From Octopus sinensis (taxonomy: Eukaryota), in contig NC_043013.1 of assembly GCF_006345805.1 (NCBI RefSeq), positions 54,932,001 through 54,996,000 on the forward strand: a stretch of DNA of 64,000 nucleotides, given 5' to 3'. This document shows positions 25,390 to 38,532 of this stretch, piece after piece (positions within the stretch are counted from its first letter, which is position 1; the number at the start of each line of letters is the position of its first letter). The position numbers and the translations under genes were made by a program. Below the pieces are notes generated by a model. That model saw nothing but the letters and a program-made list of their open reading frames with translations. It made no database searches and was not told the origin of the DNA.

Positions 25390-25805
25390 TTTCATGTGGT
25401 TAAGAACCTTGCTTCACAATCATGTGGTTTTGGGTTCAGTCCCACTGCACAGTACCTTGGGCAAGTGTCTCCTACTATAGCCCAGACCAAACAATGCTTT
25501 GTGAGTGAATTTAGTTTACAGAAACTGTGTGTGTGGAAGCCAACTGTGTGTATGTGTGTGTGTGTGCATGTGTGTGTTCACGTGTGCGCGTGAGAGTGTT
25601 TGTCCTTCCTCACACTTTGACATGTTGGTTTGTCTACATCCTTGTAATTTATTAATTCAGTAAAAATGACTGATAGAAGAAATACCGGAATTATTTTTAA
25701 AAATCCAGAAATCTCTTAAGTCCTGAGGTTGATCTGTTCAACTAAAACCCTCCATAGTGGTGCCCCAGCATGGCCACAGTCCAATGACTGGAACAAAACA
25801 AAAGA
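25390..25805 (+). mobile_element. SINE family A, near-full; head-to-head with 24949-25296
   Basis: gggttcagtcccactgc...ccttgggcaagtgtc...ggtgccccagcatggccacagtccaatgactg. Confidence 0.8.
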
Positions 25806-26182
25806 TAACAACAACAACAACAGAAAGCAATAATGATAAATTACAACTGAACATTATTTTGGTAGTAAAATTCTTCATAGAATCTAGAGTGAACGTGCAT
25901 CCTCTAATTTATAAGTGCCAACCATTTTCAGAAAACTCGAATAATAAATCCTCTTGAGACATTGTATTGATCCATTTAACTCTGATGGTGTTTTTCTTGC
26001 TTCAAGACACAAGGAATTAAATGCCATAGCTTCATATTTAGGAAGATAATGAAATTTATGCTAATAAGACATGACATATTCCCAATTATGCAACTTTAAT
26101 TATCGAAGTTCACTTATCCCTCTCAGTAGGCAACATTTACATGGAAGGATCTACCTGTTAATTATAAAAATACCTTTTACAT

Positions 26183-26352
26183 CACAGGTGTGACTGTGTG
26201 GAAAGAGGCTTGCTTCCCAACCTCATGGTTTCGGGTTCAGCCCCCACCATGTGACACACTTGGTGAGTGGCCTCTACTACAGCACTGGGCTGACCAAAGC
26301 CTTGTTAATGGATTTGGAAGATGGAAACTAAAAGAAGCCCATCATGTATGTA
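26183..26352 (+). mobile_element. SINE family A, 5' half
   Basis: Head and central motifs as in other copies. Confidence 0.75.
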
Positions 26353-27324
26353 TGTCTCTTCTATTTTTTTAATTATTACAAAACGTTCCACTGAGGAAAG
26401 AACCAGTTTCCAACAAAGATACAAGGCTCCATCTTTTGGATGTGGTTAACACAGACAAATTCACATTTGGAACTTGAGAAAAGTCTTGCATATTTTTACT
26501 GTTTCAGTCACAGATTGCACATATAATGTATGAATCGGCCGATTGATTTCTCTTTCTGAAAATCCTGGTTTATCCAGATTCTCCTTTAAGCATTCACTAA
26601 GTATGAGTGTATGTATGCTTGTTGTTCCTTCATCTGTCTTCATCTTTTATTTTCTGTAAATTTGAATTATGTACATACATACATATGTCTTGATTCACTA
26701 GAAGTGATAAATTACAGGACTCAATACACAGAGTATCATCTTTTTATACATTATACTTGAAAGATCCTGATTTCCAGTACTCAGAGTTACCCGTTTCTAA
26801 TCCTCAACCAACAAACAGCCTGTTTTTCTTTTGAATATTCACCGAGTGTCTTTTTGAAATGTGAAATGAAAGTTTTTTACGTTCTTCTGTTTGAAAACTT
26901 TTGTGAACAACATGTATGTGTTTGTTGTGAATGAGTCTGTGCAAGCATGTGAGTGTGTGTTTGTGTGTGTGAATGTGAATGTGTGTGTGTGTTTGTGTAT
27001 GTGTGTGAATGTGTGCAAGAATGTCACTGTTGCACAAGCGATGTCAGTTCCCATATTATTCTGCAGGGAAAGTTCTGGCTTTGAGGAAATCTTACTTTGC
27101 TTGGAGCCAGTTCAGAGTTGGGGAAATGAACGTCATTCTGAGCAGAGAAGGAAAATCTGCCTCAAATAAACTCCATCTGATCCCTGCCACAAGGGGAAAC
27201 ATGGATGGACATTAAATTACGATGATGATGATGATGGGCATATATATATATATATATGTGTATATATATATATATGTATATATATGTGTGTGTGTGTATG
27301 AGAAGATAATGGTTGGTAATATAT

Positions 27325-27480
27325 ATAGGGAAAGTTTATGAAAAAAACAAAAGACGAAGACAGGTGGTGTCAAAACAAACAGATGTATTAGTATAATGCT
27401 CAGGAATAGAAAAAGTCTTTTACATTTCGAGCCTACGCTCTTCTACAGAAAGGGACACAGAAAAAATCAAGGAGAGAAAT
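27325..27480 (-). mobile_element. Solo Penelope-like terminal repeat (pLTR) with minimal hammerhead-like motif
   Basis: Homologous to 54560-54730, which lies downstream of the GIY-YIG remnant; cttt-CTGTAGA-A-GAGC-gtag-GCTC-GAAA-TGT-A-aaag. Confidence 0.65.
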
Positions 27481-27552
27481 ATATATATATATATATTCAC
27501 ACACACACACACACACTCACATATACTCACACATGCATGCATGCACATATAT

Positions 27553-27722
27553 GTAGTACATGCTTCTTTCAATTTCTATCAACCAAATCCAATCACAAAA
27601 CTTAAGTCAGGTTACGGTTATGATAGAAAACACTTGCTTGAGGTTCTTTGCAGTGGGATCGAACCTGAAGCTGCATGGTTGCAAAGCAGATTTCTTACCC
27701 CACAGCCATGACTGTATGTGTG
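27553..27722 (-). mobile_element. SINE family A, 5' half (degenerate)
   Basis: Reverse-complement head and central motifs. Confidence 0.65.
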
Positions 27723-28208
27723 CATGCATCAAAATACATGTCATTGGGCACTCATAGTTATTTCTTTGCTCGCTTTTGTGTATGTGCGTATATGTGTGTG
27801 GGTGTGTGTATATATGTATGTATGAGAGAGAGAGAGAAAGAGAGAGACTGGGAGTGCTTAATATGTCAAGTACCTTAAATATGGATCATTAAATGATAAG
27901 TGTCTCTTCTCACAACAGAAACATATATTGATTTCAAATAAATACCAAATCTCAAACATTCTTGACACTTAGAATTTGGAGCATCAAAACTAAAAATTAC
28001 GTTCCATGGTAAGTAGAAGAAGGTCTTTCTGTGTTTGTATGCTCATACTTATGATTAATTAATTTTACAGGATAATCTGAAGTATTTAAATTAATCTAAG
28101 AACGATATTTGTGTTTATCAAGAAAATTAAAGAATGAACGAGCTGAACTTACAATTCTAAAAATGTTATGAACCAATCCAATTGAAAAGACTGAAATAAT
28201 TATATATG

Positions 28209-28239
<31 letters not shown>

Positions 28240-28532
28240 CTGTGTGTGTGTACATACATACATATACATGCATAATAAATATAAGGATAAAATCTATATA
28301 AGATTTTATCAAGTAGCCAGCGTGTAAAACCAATTAAGGGAAAAACTTAATACAAAGTGTATAATTTTTTCCTTATATATAAAATACGTTATTATATCAA
28401 GGGCTATAACTATAAGTAATGCCACGCACTGTGAAGGGACTCTAAAGTCAAACTACTTCAATACATATACACACAGGCACCAAATTCAAGGGAATAAACA
28501 TGGGAGAAATTCCTTTAAGAAAGGTTTAGTTT

Positions 28533-28570
<38 letters not shown>

Positions 28571-28589
28571 ATATGTGTGTGTGTGTATA

Positions 28590-28757
28590 GGCACAGGAGT
28601 GGCTGTGTGGTAGCTTGCTTACCAACCACATGGTCCCGGGTTCAGTCCCACTGCATGGCACCTTGGGCAAGTGTATTCAAATATAGTCTCGGGCCGACCA
28701 AAGCCTGTGAGTGGATTTGGCAGACGGAAGCTGAAAGAAGCCTGTCTTATATATGTG

Positions 28758-28790
<33 letters not shown>

Positions 28791-28990
28791 TGTGTGTGCG
28801 CATGCATATTTGTAGCCCCCACCATCACCTGACAACCGATGCTGTATTTACATCCTTGTAACCTAGCAGTTTGGTAAAAGAGACTGCTAGAATATGTACT
28901 AGGCTTACAATCAATAAGTCCTGGGGTCGATTTGTTTGACTAAATACGGTGCTCCAGCATGGCTGCAGTCAAATGACTGAAACAAATGAA
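28590..28990 (+). mobile_element. SINE family A, full-length
   Basis: ggcacaggagtggctgtgtgg...gggttcagtccc...ccttgggcaagtg...ggtgctccagcatggctgcagtcaaatgactgaaac. Confidence 0.88.
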
Positions 28991-29284
28991 AGAATATATA
29001 TATATACATATATGTGTGTGTGTGTGTATGTGTGTGTACGTACGTATGTATATGTAACTCACTGCCTAAGTACCAGTCTTGAGAAATTAGGCTTCTCAGT
29101 ATCAGAAAGGAGAAAGTTGATTTGGATGGCTGCACTGAACCAAATACTGAATATATACATACAAAAACTACCCAGTTGATGTGTTGAAATTCCAACGAAG
29201 GAGCTTTGGATTTAGGTTAGAAACCAGCTCCTTCCCTATTGGCAAGAAATCTTGAAATGAAGCTGAATAATGTCATACATGCAT

Positions 29285-29452
29285 ACATATGATGTGCTTC
29301 TTTCAGTTTCCATCTACCAAATCTACTTTCAAGGATTTGTTCAGCCTGAGGCTATAGTAGAAGACACCTGTCCAAGGTGCCACAGAGTGGGACTGAACTT
29401 GGAACCATGTGCCTGGGAAGCAAGCCTCTTACCACACAGCCACACCTGTGTC
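29285..29452 (-). mobile_element. SINE family A, 5' half; inverted relative to 28590-28990
   Basis: Reverse-complement head and central motifs. Confidence 0.8.
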
Positions 29453-29468
29453 TATTCTCTGTATATAT

Positions 29469-29506
<38 letters not shown>

Positions 29507-30939
29507 TATGGAGATGTACTTGCATAACAGCATGAAGCTTTGTCAGGGAACAGGTCGCGGTCTCAAAGCGCCGAAAATATTTTGACAAATTAAATTTAAA
29601 TGTTGAAGTGAATTTAACGGCTTTGTGTGTTTCTTAAATGGCTTATAAACACCTTCCTTGCTGCAACTGCATATATATATGTATATATATATATATATGT
29701 GTATATATAAATGTTTCAAACACTCGTAAAATATAGTCCAGTTTTCTCTCATTTCTAACTCTTCACCATCTTAAGATAACAAGGAAATCTCTATGTACTC
29801 ACTCAGCCTGCTAGAAATAGCAGCCAAATCTTCCTCACATCATATCTCACAATCTAAAATAAGAACACGCGAAATAGTGAAGCACTACACACAACTAAGA
29901 CCGCACAGAATGTCATTGATTACAGGCCTGCTTAATCAGATTTACTGGGGGCTAAACAATAACTTTTTTAATGTGAATGAAATATAAAATATATCACATT
30001 CCTTGCCAAGGAAATATCAAAATAAACTATGAAAGCTACTAACAGTAACTGTGGCGTTGGTTATTAAAATTTATAAATGAAGAAAACCATTTGCATAGCT
30101 GAGAAATGTAATTTAAACTTAAGTGTCCAAAATAAAAATACAATTATTCAAATAAAATGACAAAACACTACTTGGCAAAATTTATGCAGCAAATTCCATG
30201 TTAGACACAATAAAGTAAAGTTACACGAATTCTTATTTGCTATTCAGTATTTAAAAAATGTAACTATTAAAAATACTTGTAAAACACTTATTAATTAGTC
30301 ATTAGCTTGGCTGGTAATGATACTTTATTCAAATTAGTTTTCTTTTACATAATCAGAGCTGCACCATGAGGAAATAGTAAACTTATCTCATGAGTTATTT
30401 CAGATATTCACACTTAATTGTAATTCAGAAAACAGGTGAAAAACTGAGTATTTTGCCCAAATTATTTCTGCTAAAATTCAAAACCGTATTCGATTTTAAT
30501 TGCTTTCATTGGCAAAAAATCAAAGTATTCAATTGCTTCTTGCACTAAAATTAAAAGCCAAGGAATATTATTTTCATATTTCCCCATCCAAAATAGTACA
30601 ATCGAACACCAGGATAAACCCAATGATTTACACAACAGTTTGCATTATGGAATAGACTTTTAGATTACTTAATGTCTTGTACAGGAGTGGCTGTGATTAA
30701 CGATGGCATTACAAAAAATGGGCTGTGGTAAATAATAGTTTTCAGAAGTAAAAGTCCCCTCTTTTAGTAACAGAGAGGATCATATTGCAAAATATGATTA
30801 AGTAAAATATTTACATTCTCCAATTGTATTTCCATTTTTCCATGTCATCACTAAATTCACATTAATTTCAATATCTTAAATTTTAATTAAGTTTTATGGT
30901 CAAAGCATTTCATGAGCAATAATAATAATAATGATCCTT

Positions 30940-31345
30940 TCTACTAAAGGCACAAGGCCTGAAATTTTGGGTGAGGGTATTAGTCAATTGCATCAACCCC
31001 AGTGTTTCACTGGTACTTAATTTATTGACCCTGAAAGAATAAAAGGCCAAGCTGACCTCAGCAGAATTTGAACTCAGAATGTAAAGATGGATGAAATACT
31101 GCTCAGCATTTTGCCCATTGTGCTAATGACTCTGCTAGCTCATCACCTAAAAAATCATAATAATAGTCCTTTCTACTACAGGTTCAAGGCTTGATATTTT
31201 GTAGGGACAGGCCAGTTGATTATTGACCCTGAAAGGATGAAAGATAAAGTTAACTTAGGTGGAAATTGAACTCAGAATGTAAAGAGAGATCAAATGCCAC
31301 TTAAACATTTTGTTTGGCTGACCAACGACTTTGCCAGCTTGTCAC
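30940..31345 (-). mobile_element. SINE family B, two tandem copies
   Basis: ctttctacta..ggcacaaggcctgaaatttt...gaatttgaactcagaa occurs twice. Confidence 0.8.
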
Positions 31346-31596
31346 CTTTATAACATTAACAATCATCATCATCATCATCATTTAACGTCCGCTTTCCATG
31401 CTAGCATGGGTTGGACGATTTGACTGAAGTTTGGCAAACCAGACTCCGATCTGTTCTGGCAGAGTTTCTACAGCTGGATGCCCTTCCTAACGCCAACCAC
31501 TCTGAGAGTGTAGTGGGTGCTTTTATGTGCCACCGGCACAAGGGCCAGTTTGGTGTTACTGGCAACGACCACGTCCAAGTGGTACTTTTTACGTGC

Positions 31597-31915
31597 CACC
31601 AGCACAGCAGCCAGTCCAGCAGCACTGGCGACGTCTTCGCCACCAGCACAGGAGCCAGTCCAGCGGCACTGGCGACGTCCTCGCCACCAGCACAGGAGCC
31701 AGTCCAGCGGCACTGGCAACGTCCTCGCCACCTGCACAGGAGCCAGTCCAGCAGTACTGGCGATGTCCTTGCCACCAGCACAGGAGCCAGTCCAGCGGCA
31801 CTGGCGACATCCTCGCCACCACCACAGGAGCCAGTCCAGCGGCACTGGCGATGTCTTCACCACCAGCACAAGAGCCAGTCCAGTGGCACTGGCAACGTCC
31901 TCACCACCAGCACAA
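31597..31915. repeat. GC-rich 44-bp tandem array, 7 full units plus a partial
   Basis: caccagcacaggagccagtccagcggcactggcgacgtcctcgc at 31597, 31641, 31685, 31729, 31773, 31817, 31861 and (partial) 31905. Confidence 0.93.
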
Positions 31916-32184
31916 GTGCTAGTAAGGCGACGCGGTAATGATCACGCTCGAATGGTGTACTTAACGTGCCACTGGCACGAAGGCCAGTTTGTTGCTCAGG
32001 CAACGATCTCACTCGTATGGTACTCTTAGCGCTCCACTAGCAACGGATGCCAGTCACAGAGTTTGATTTCGACTTCGATTTCACTTACCTCAACTGGTCT
32101 TCACAAGCAGAGTTTAGTGTCCAATGAAGAAAAGGCACCTATAAGTGGACTGGTTACCCCCTAGCATAGGCCACAAGGTTATGG

Positions 32185-33027
32185 TCACACCTGCGCTTGC
32201 CGAGTCTTCTGCAGCAAAACATATTTCCAGAGGTTCCGGTCACTAGTCATTGCCTTGGTGAGGCCCAATGTTCGAAGGTCATCCTTCACCACCTCATCCC
32301 AGGTTTTCCTGGGTCTACCTCTTCAACAGGTTCCCTCAACAACTAGGGTGTGACACTTTTTCACTCAGCTATCCTCATCCATTCTTGCCACATGATCATA
32401 CCAATGCAGTCGTCTCTTGCACACCACATCTGATGCTTCTTAGGTCCAACCTTTCTCTCAGGGCACTAACACTCTGTCGAGTATGCACACTGACATTACA
32501 CATCCATCGGAGCATGCTGGCTTCATTCCTTGCAGGCTTACGCATATCCTCAGAAGTCACGGCCCATGTTTCACTGCCATGCAGCATGGCTGTTCGTACA
32601 CATGTCATACAGTCTACCTTTTACTCTGAGCGAGAGGCCTTTGTCACCAGCAGAGGTAAAAGCTCTCTGAACTTTGCCCAGGCCATTCTTATTCTAGCAG
32701 CTACACTTTCAGCGCACCTTCCCCTGCTAGTGACTTGGTCCCCTAGGTAATGGAAGCTATCAACTACTTCTAGTTTTTCTCCCTGGAATGTGACAGAAGT
32801 TGTTCTCTGCACATTTTCAGTGTTTATTGCTCCTGAGCATCTGCCACATGCAAAAACTATCTTCTTAGTTAGCCTTCCTTTGACATTGCTGCACCTCTTA
32901 TGTGTCCATAGCTTACACTTGGTACATCTTATAGAGTTTCTACCTACACCTTTTCTACAGATTGAGCAGGGCCATCTACCTGAAGGGATTTGTAGTTTGC
33001 CTGCCTTCCTACATATTAGGACTTTTG
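32185..33027 (-). pseudogene. RTE reverse transcriptase C-terminal region with an embedded PHD-like zinc finger
   Basis: KVLI...WPCSICRKGVGRNSIRCTKCKLWTHKRCSNVKGRLTKKIVFACGRC...LEVVDSFHYLGDQV...RIRMAWAKFRELLPLL; CVRTAMLHGSETW; RGRPRKTWDEVVKDDL; frameshifts. Confidence 0.9.
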
Positions 33028-33194
33028 CAAACCTTCAGCTGCTTCCAGGCCATGAAGTATTTCCTTGAGTCTATCAAACAACAAACAGCTTTTGTGGAGG
33101 ATTATAAACAGACAGCGCCATTTCTATGAACAGTGTTTTTCTGTTTACAATCAGAAAGCACATGTTGAGACGAGGGATTCAGCCGCAGACATAC

Positions 33195-33551
33195 ATGCAG
33201 GCATGGCTGTGTGGTAAGGAATTTGCCCCTCAACCACATGGTTCCAGGTTCAGTTGCACTATGTGGTACCTTTGGCATGTGGCTTCTACTATAGCCTCGG
33301 GCCAACCAAAGACTTATGAGTGGATTTGGTAGAAGGAAACTGATAGAAGTGTGTGTGTGTTTCCCTTCCCCCCAGCACCACTTGACAACCAGTGTTGGTG
33401 TGTTTACACTCCTCATAACTCAACATCTCAGCAACCAGAGCCAACAGAATAAGTACCAGGCTTAAAAAGAATTCAGTCCTGGGGTTGATTCATTTGACTA
33501 AAATTCTACAAGGTGGTGCCCCAGCATGGCCACGGTCTAATGACTAAAAGA
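33195..33551 (+). mobile_element. SINE family A, full-length
   Basis: Head to tail colinear with other copies. Confidence 0.85.
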
Positions 33552-34883
33552 TACATATATGACATATATGATGGCCCTCTCTCAGCCTCTGTCAACTAAA
33601 TTCTGCTCACAAGGCAATGGTAAACCCATGTCTATAACAAAGGACACCAGCCAACATCATCCATGCCGTGGGAGAGGACTCCCAATCACATGGCTTTTTC
33701 ACCAAACATTCAGTTGATAACAGTTTCCTTTTAGTTTCCCTTGCTGGCAGATAAATGGGTTTAATGCACAACATTACTGGGTACTTAACAGTAAAAAAAA
33801 GAAAGGAGGGAAAATACCTTTGCATCCATTCAAATGCAATGAATTCCTTCTTCTCAACCACATAGTTTTGCAGTCAGCCCTGGTGCCTGATGCCTTGGGC
33901 AAGTTTCTTTCACAGCATCCCTAGGCCAGGATAATCTTTGTGAGTAGATTTAATGGAAACTGAGAGAAACCTGTCATTTGTGTGTGTGTGTGTCTCTTAG
34001 GTATTGAAATAGCATGTTAGCTGTAAATGAGTGTCAGTCATACAAGAAGTGTCGTTCGTTTCTTGTCTTCTGTAAAAACAGATGTGGGTTTAGGGAACCT
34101 ATTACCATGCACAGAAGCATTTTAGAATTGGCAACAGGAAGAGCATCCAGCTGTAGAAAATCTACCTCAACAGATTCTGTCAGATCCATGCAAGCATGGG
34201 GGAAATGGATTTTTCAAATAGTGTTGTGCAGCAGCAGAGACAGACTTTAAACTGGCAAGATTCTTTAAACACAGATTTTGCCTCGGCCTTCTGTAAAGAA
34301 AGTATTTCAGACATCATGAGTTGTGTGTGTGTGTGTGTGTAAGTGAGTGTATGTCAGTGAAAGAGAGTGAGAGAGAGAGAGAGAGGAGGGGGTGAAAGAG
34401 AGAGAGAGAGAGAGAAAGAAGGTTGTTTGTCATTTATTGTGAGATGTTAAAAGTATTGGATAAACATTGTTAAGAGCAGAGGAGTGTTTGAGAAAAGCCT
34501 TTCAAACGAAACAATCCATCAGAGCACAATGACTGCGTTAATGTCAGCTCAAACAGATTATTGAAGATAATTGCCCATTATTTGAAGAATGAGGTCACTT
34601 GCAGGTATGCATTGCAATATGCTACTCAAGCAAAAGTGTGCCGCACCAAAAATTAGTTCCCAGGAATTGTTGCAGATAAGAGATTCTTCTTAACACATTG
34701 TTTAAGTATATTACACAGCCTAATGTATCTGATAGGCGACTTCTTCATACCTGAACGCATAAACTCACAGAAGCTGATACTTTCTTCAAATTCAGTAACA
34801 TTAAGTAAATGATAAACAAATTTTCCCTTTGGCAATGGTTCTAGTTAATCAACAAGACTTCTCTTGGCAAATCTGACATTATA

Positions 34884-35478
34884 GGTACAGGCATGGCTGT
34901 TTGGTAAGAAGCTTCCTTCGCAACCACATGGTTCCAGGATCTGTCTATCTCTGGTACTGAACAATACCACTGTTTGAAAAATCCATTTTTTTCATGCTTG
35001 CATGGATCTGACAGAATCTGTTGAGGTAGATTTTCTACAGCTGGATGCTCTTCCTGTCGCTAATTCTAACATGCTTCTGTGGATGGTAATAGGTTCCCTA
35101 AATCCAGGTGTATTTTTACAGAAGACAAGAAAGGAACAATGCTACTTGTATGACAATCCCTTGAGCAAGTGTTTTTTACTATAGTCTCAGCCAACCAAAG
35201 CCTTCTCAGTGGACTTGATGGACGGAAACTGTAAGAAGCCCATCATATATATATCTAGGTGTATGTGCGTCTTTGTGTCTGTGCTTATCCGCCACACATC
35301 ACTTCACAACCAGTGTGTTTTCATCCCCCATAACCTAGCAGTTTGGGGGAAGAGACTAATAAAATAAAAACAAGGCTTAAAATAAAATGCTGGGACCGAT
35401 TCATTCAACTAAAAGATTTTCCAAAGTGGTGCCCCACATGGCTGCAGTCTAATGACTGAAACAAGTAAAAGATTAAAA
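34884..35478 (+). mobile_element. SINE family A interrupted by an inverted D2 fragment
   Basis: Head at ~34884-34945, remainder at ~35160-35478; D2 fragment on the minus strand at ~34975-35075. Confidence 0.7.
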
Positions 35479-37664
35479 GATAAGAGCAGTAATCCTTACT
35501 GGTTTAGGTTGAGGGGACTGGTTTCTGAAAATCAATGCATAGAATAACATTTTGTGTAATGGCATTATTTTTGATATCTTTGTGGAAAAAGAAACATCTG
35601 AAAATTTCTGGGAATATATTTTTAAATGGGTTCAAATTTTAGGGTATATACAATATTCAAAACTATACAGGGATACAACAGAAGAGTAGTTACAAATTTC
35701 AAGAAATGTGGAAGTTAAATCTGTTAGATTTTATTTAAACAAAAAAATACTCTCATCAGTTTTCAAAGCTGAGCTACTTCTTTCGAAATAGTTTGAAATA
35801 CTTAAAAAGCAAAACAATATAACAACCACAATACAGGCAGCTTAATTTAAAAATAATCTGGTTACTATCATTTTATTTGAATCATTTTAAATATTATAAA
35901 CTAATTGTAATTAATAAATATTAATTAACTAGTTCATTTAGGAATGAAATTCAGTGTTATTGGGGATGTAAACAAATATTTTTTTATTCATCTTTGATCA
36001 TTTTATTGTTTGACAAAGAAGAAAAAAGACAAATTTTAATAAATGTAATTTTTCTACTAAAATGGAAATACAATAAAAAAATTTAATTTCTTCAAGAAAG
36101 AAGAAATGAAGTAAATTGTTGAGTTTGCTGTATTGGATTGATTGTGGTTATCTTTGGAGGTGAGATAAAAGAAGAGCAGCTTAGCAATTTGTGAATTGAT
36201 TGAGAACACTAGAGAAAGAATAAATATTAATCTGGGGGCATTATTTAGTGATTTTCTTTCTGTTTCCTTATTGAAATCAGATAGATATCAACACAGAATA
36301 TTGCCTGCAATTGCTAAAAAGGAAATGGAATTCAATAATAATAGAAAAAAAGTATCATAAATTAGAGAAGAAAGAATAAGACAAAAAAACAACAGACGAT
36401 TGAAATAAAATTATTATATTAGGATTTTTGACTTCTGGCTTTTTGTTAATGAACCACGGAGATTACGGAGCAACGCTGACTTTATCATGGTGAATAATCG
36501 AAAAAGTTTGTTCAGAGTGAAAAATGTTGGGTTTTTTTTTTTTTACTTCCAATTATAAAGTAAAGAAAAATAGAATAGCTTGCAGATTAATGCAAAGAAA
36601 ATGTTTAAATTTCTGATTTTATAGTCTGTTGCATTTATAAATATCAAAGAAGCAAGAAATTAGAAAGTCAGAGATTTTAAATCTATATTTAACTAAAGTG
36701 AAGAATCCAAAGGTGAAAAAGAAGTGAAATTTGGAAAATAATTTTTAACTTAAAAGATATTTGCAACCAATTTTTCCCAAAATAAATCATGATTAATGTT
36801 CTAAGGCATATTCTTATGCAATTTACATGATATTTATGGCATGTTTAGAAAATTATCATTGATTTTTTTCACTTTAGTTTATGAAACATGGCTAAAAACT
36901 TTAAACATGTATTTCCAGCAATATGTATGTATTCACATATGAATGTGTGTGTGCGTGTGTGTGTGTGTGTGCATGCACGTGTGATTGAATATGCATTAAA
37001 CTTATGTGTGTCATTTTTTATATTTCATTTCTTTAAGTTGTAGTTTATGAAACTCACAAATTATTTCCCATTTATTTCATCACTGTTATTATAAAATATT
37101 TGTCATAAACAACCAAATATTTTCACAAGAAATTATTTGTGAAGTGCATAATTCAACGCAGAAAGGTCGTATGAACTTATGATTCACATGTCCAGTCATA
37201 GAAACACATTTGGCTTATGTAGATTAGCTTATAGTATGTTTGTTTGTTTAATATGATGTAATTAGTGGAAGCTAAAATGGCAAAAATAGCTTTTAAGCTT
37301 TCTCTTCATGTTGTTCTGCTAGTTCTGATCTGATTATCTATGTAACAATAACAAGTGTTACCATAGTCTGGCATTGTCTTTGTTAAAGAATTTCATATAA
37401 GAACAATTGTTTGTTGACTGATATGAAACGGTCTGATATTACTGAGTTAGATTTAGGGCATGAAAAATAAATTGGGACTACATAGTAATGTGGGTACCCT
37501 GAATTTTACAACATTTAAGGGACATAAAAACAGATGAAATACAGTGGCTAGTGCCACTGCATTGTAATGAGTGTCACATTTGATATCAGTCAGTACCAGG
37601 TGATATCAGAATGTTCTCAGACAGGCCATAAACAATAAATATGCTAGTTCGTCAGTAAATAAAA

Positions 37665-38017
37665 AGAGTAAAGGACAAGGACTCTCTGTCAGTCATGAAT
37701 GACCATGGAATTGAACCTAGAAAGTTACCCTCTGAGGCATAAGTCCAGGGAAGGCTGTTTATGGAAGAGCAGCAGTCACCCATGCATACCAGTCTTCTTC
37801 CCTCTCCACGCCACCGATGTTATCCAAGGGAAAGGCAAAAGCTGGAATGGTTAGACACCAGTGATTTTGCAACTCGTTTCTGCAGATGAGTGAACTGGAG
37901 CAACATGAGATAAAGTGTCTTACTCAAGAACACAGCACACAGCCCGGTCCAGGGAATGGAACCCACTACCTCATGATTGTGAGCTCGATGCTCTAACCAC
38001 TGAGCCATGTGCCTTCA
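37665..38017 (-). mobile_element. SINE family C (tRNA-like head, V-domain-like centre), full-length
   Basis: rc: gaaggcacatggctcagtggttagagc...gggttccattccc...gtgttcttgagtaagacactttat...gctccagttcactca. Confidence 0.85.
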
Positions 38018-38532
38018 TTAATAAATTAGGTATCTAAAATACTTTTATTTAGGCACTACTCCTAGCAAAACCACTCCTTAAGGATTCACATAGTGATCCC
38101 ACTGCTATATTCCACATCTCAAAAGCATAGCAGAGGTTTCCATGAAACAATTTGCAATTCCATTCGAATTTCATCGATCTGTTTCAAGAGGTGCTGCTTC
38201 ATCTTTAAGTTCATTTTGCAAACAACATCAAGGCCAGGGAAGATGGAGTGAATGAAGATTTAGAGATTGTCTACAAATGCATTGACAGGATACAACAGCC
38301 AGTCACAGTTATGCCATAGTTCCAGTCAGGTTAGAGAATGAATTCAGGAAATTTTTTCACATTTTCTAATATTTTACTAATGATTGATTGTTCTGGATGT
38401 TTGTTACCTTTTTACCTAGAAATCTGCTGGCTTCTCAAAAACCCCTGCTTAACCTATTGCTAATATCTAGTTGAACTGTAAAAATAAAAATGATTCAACA
38501 AGAAACTTGATAAAAGGTTCATAGCAGATATG

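Larger units (their letters stand above)
31366..33027 (-). mobile_element. 5'-truncated RTE-clade LINE (RT C-terminal half, 3' UTR, (GAT)n tail)
   Basis: ORF remnant at 32185-33027 followed by a UTR ending ggttggcgttaggaagggcatccagc...ggaaagcggacgttaaatgatgatg. Confidence 0.92.

Noticed and set aside
26461-26643. 60-aa minus-strand ORF MKTDEG...KFQM
   Set aside because: No recognisable domain, and the frame is closed at the nearest splice acceptor.
28425-28465. ctgtgaagggactctaaagtcaaac hammerhead-like string
   Set aside because: Both core strands are defective and no stem I or stem III can be drawn.
31401-32029. Six overlapping 78-175 aa ORFs
   Set aside because: Artefacts of the 44-bp GC-rich array in a LINE 3' UTR.
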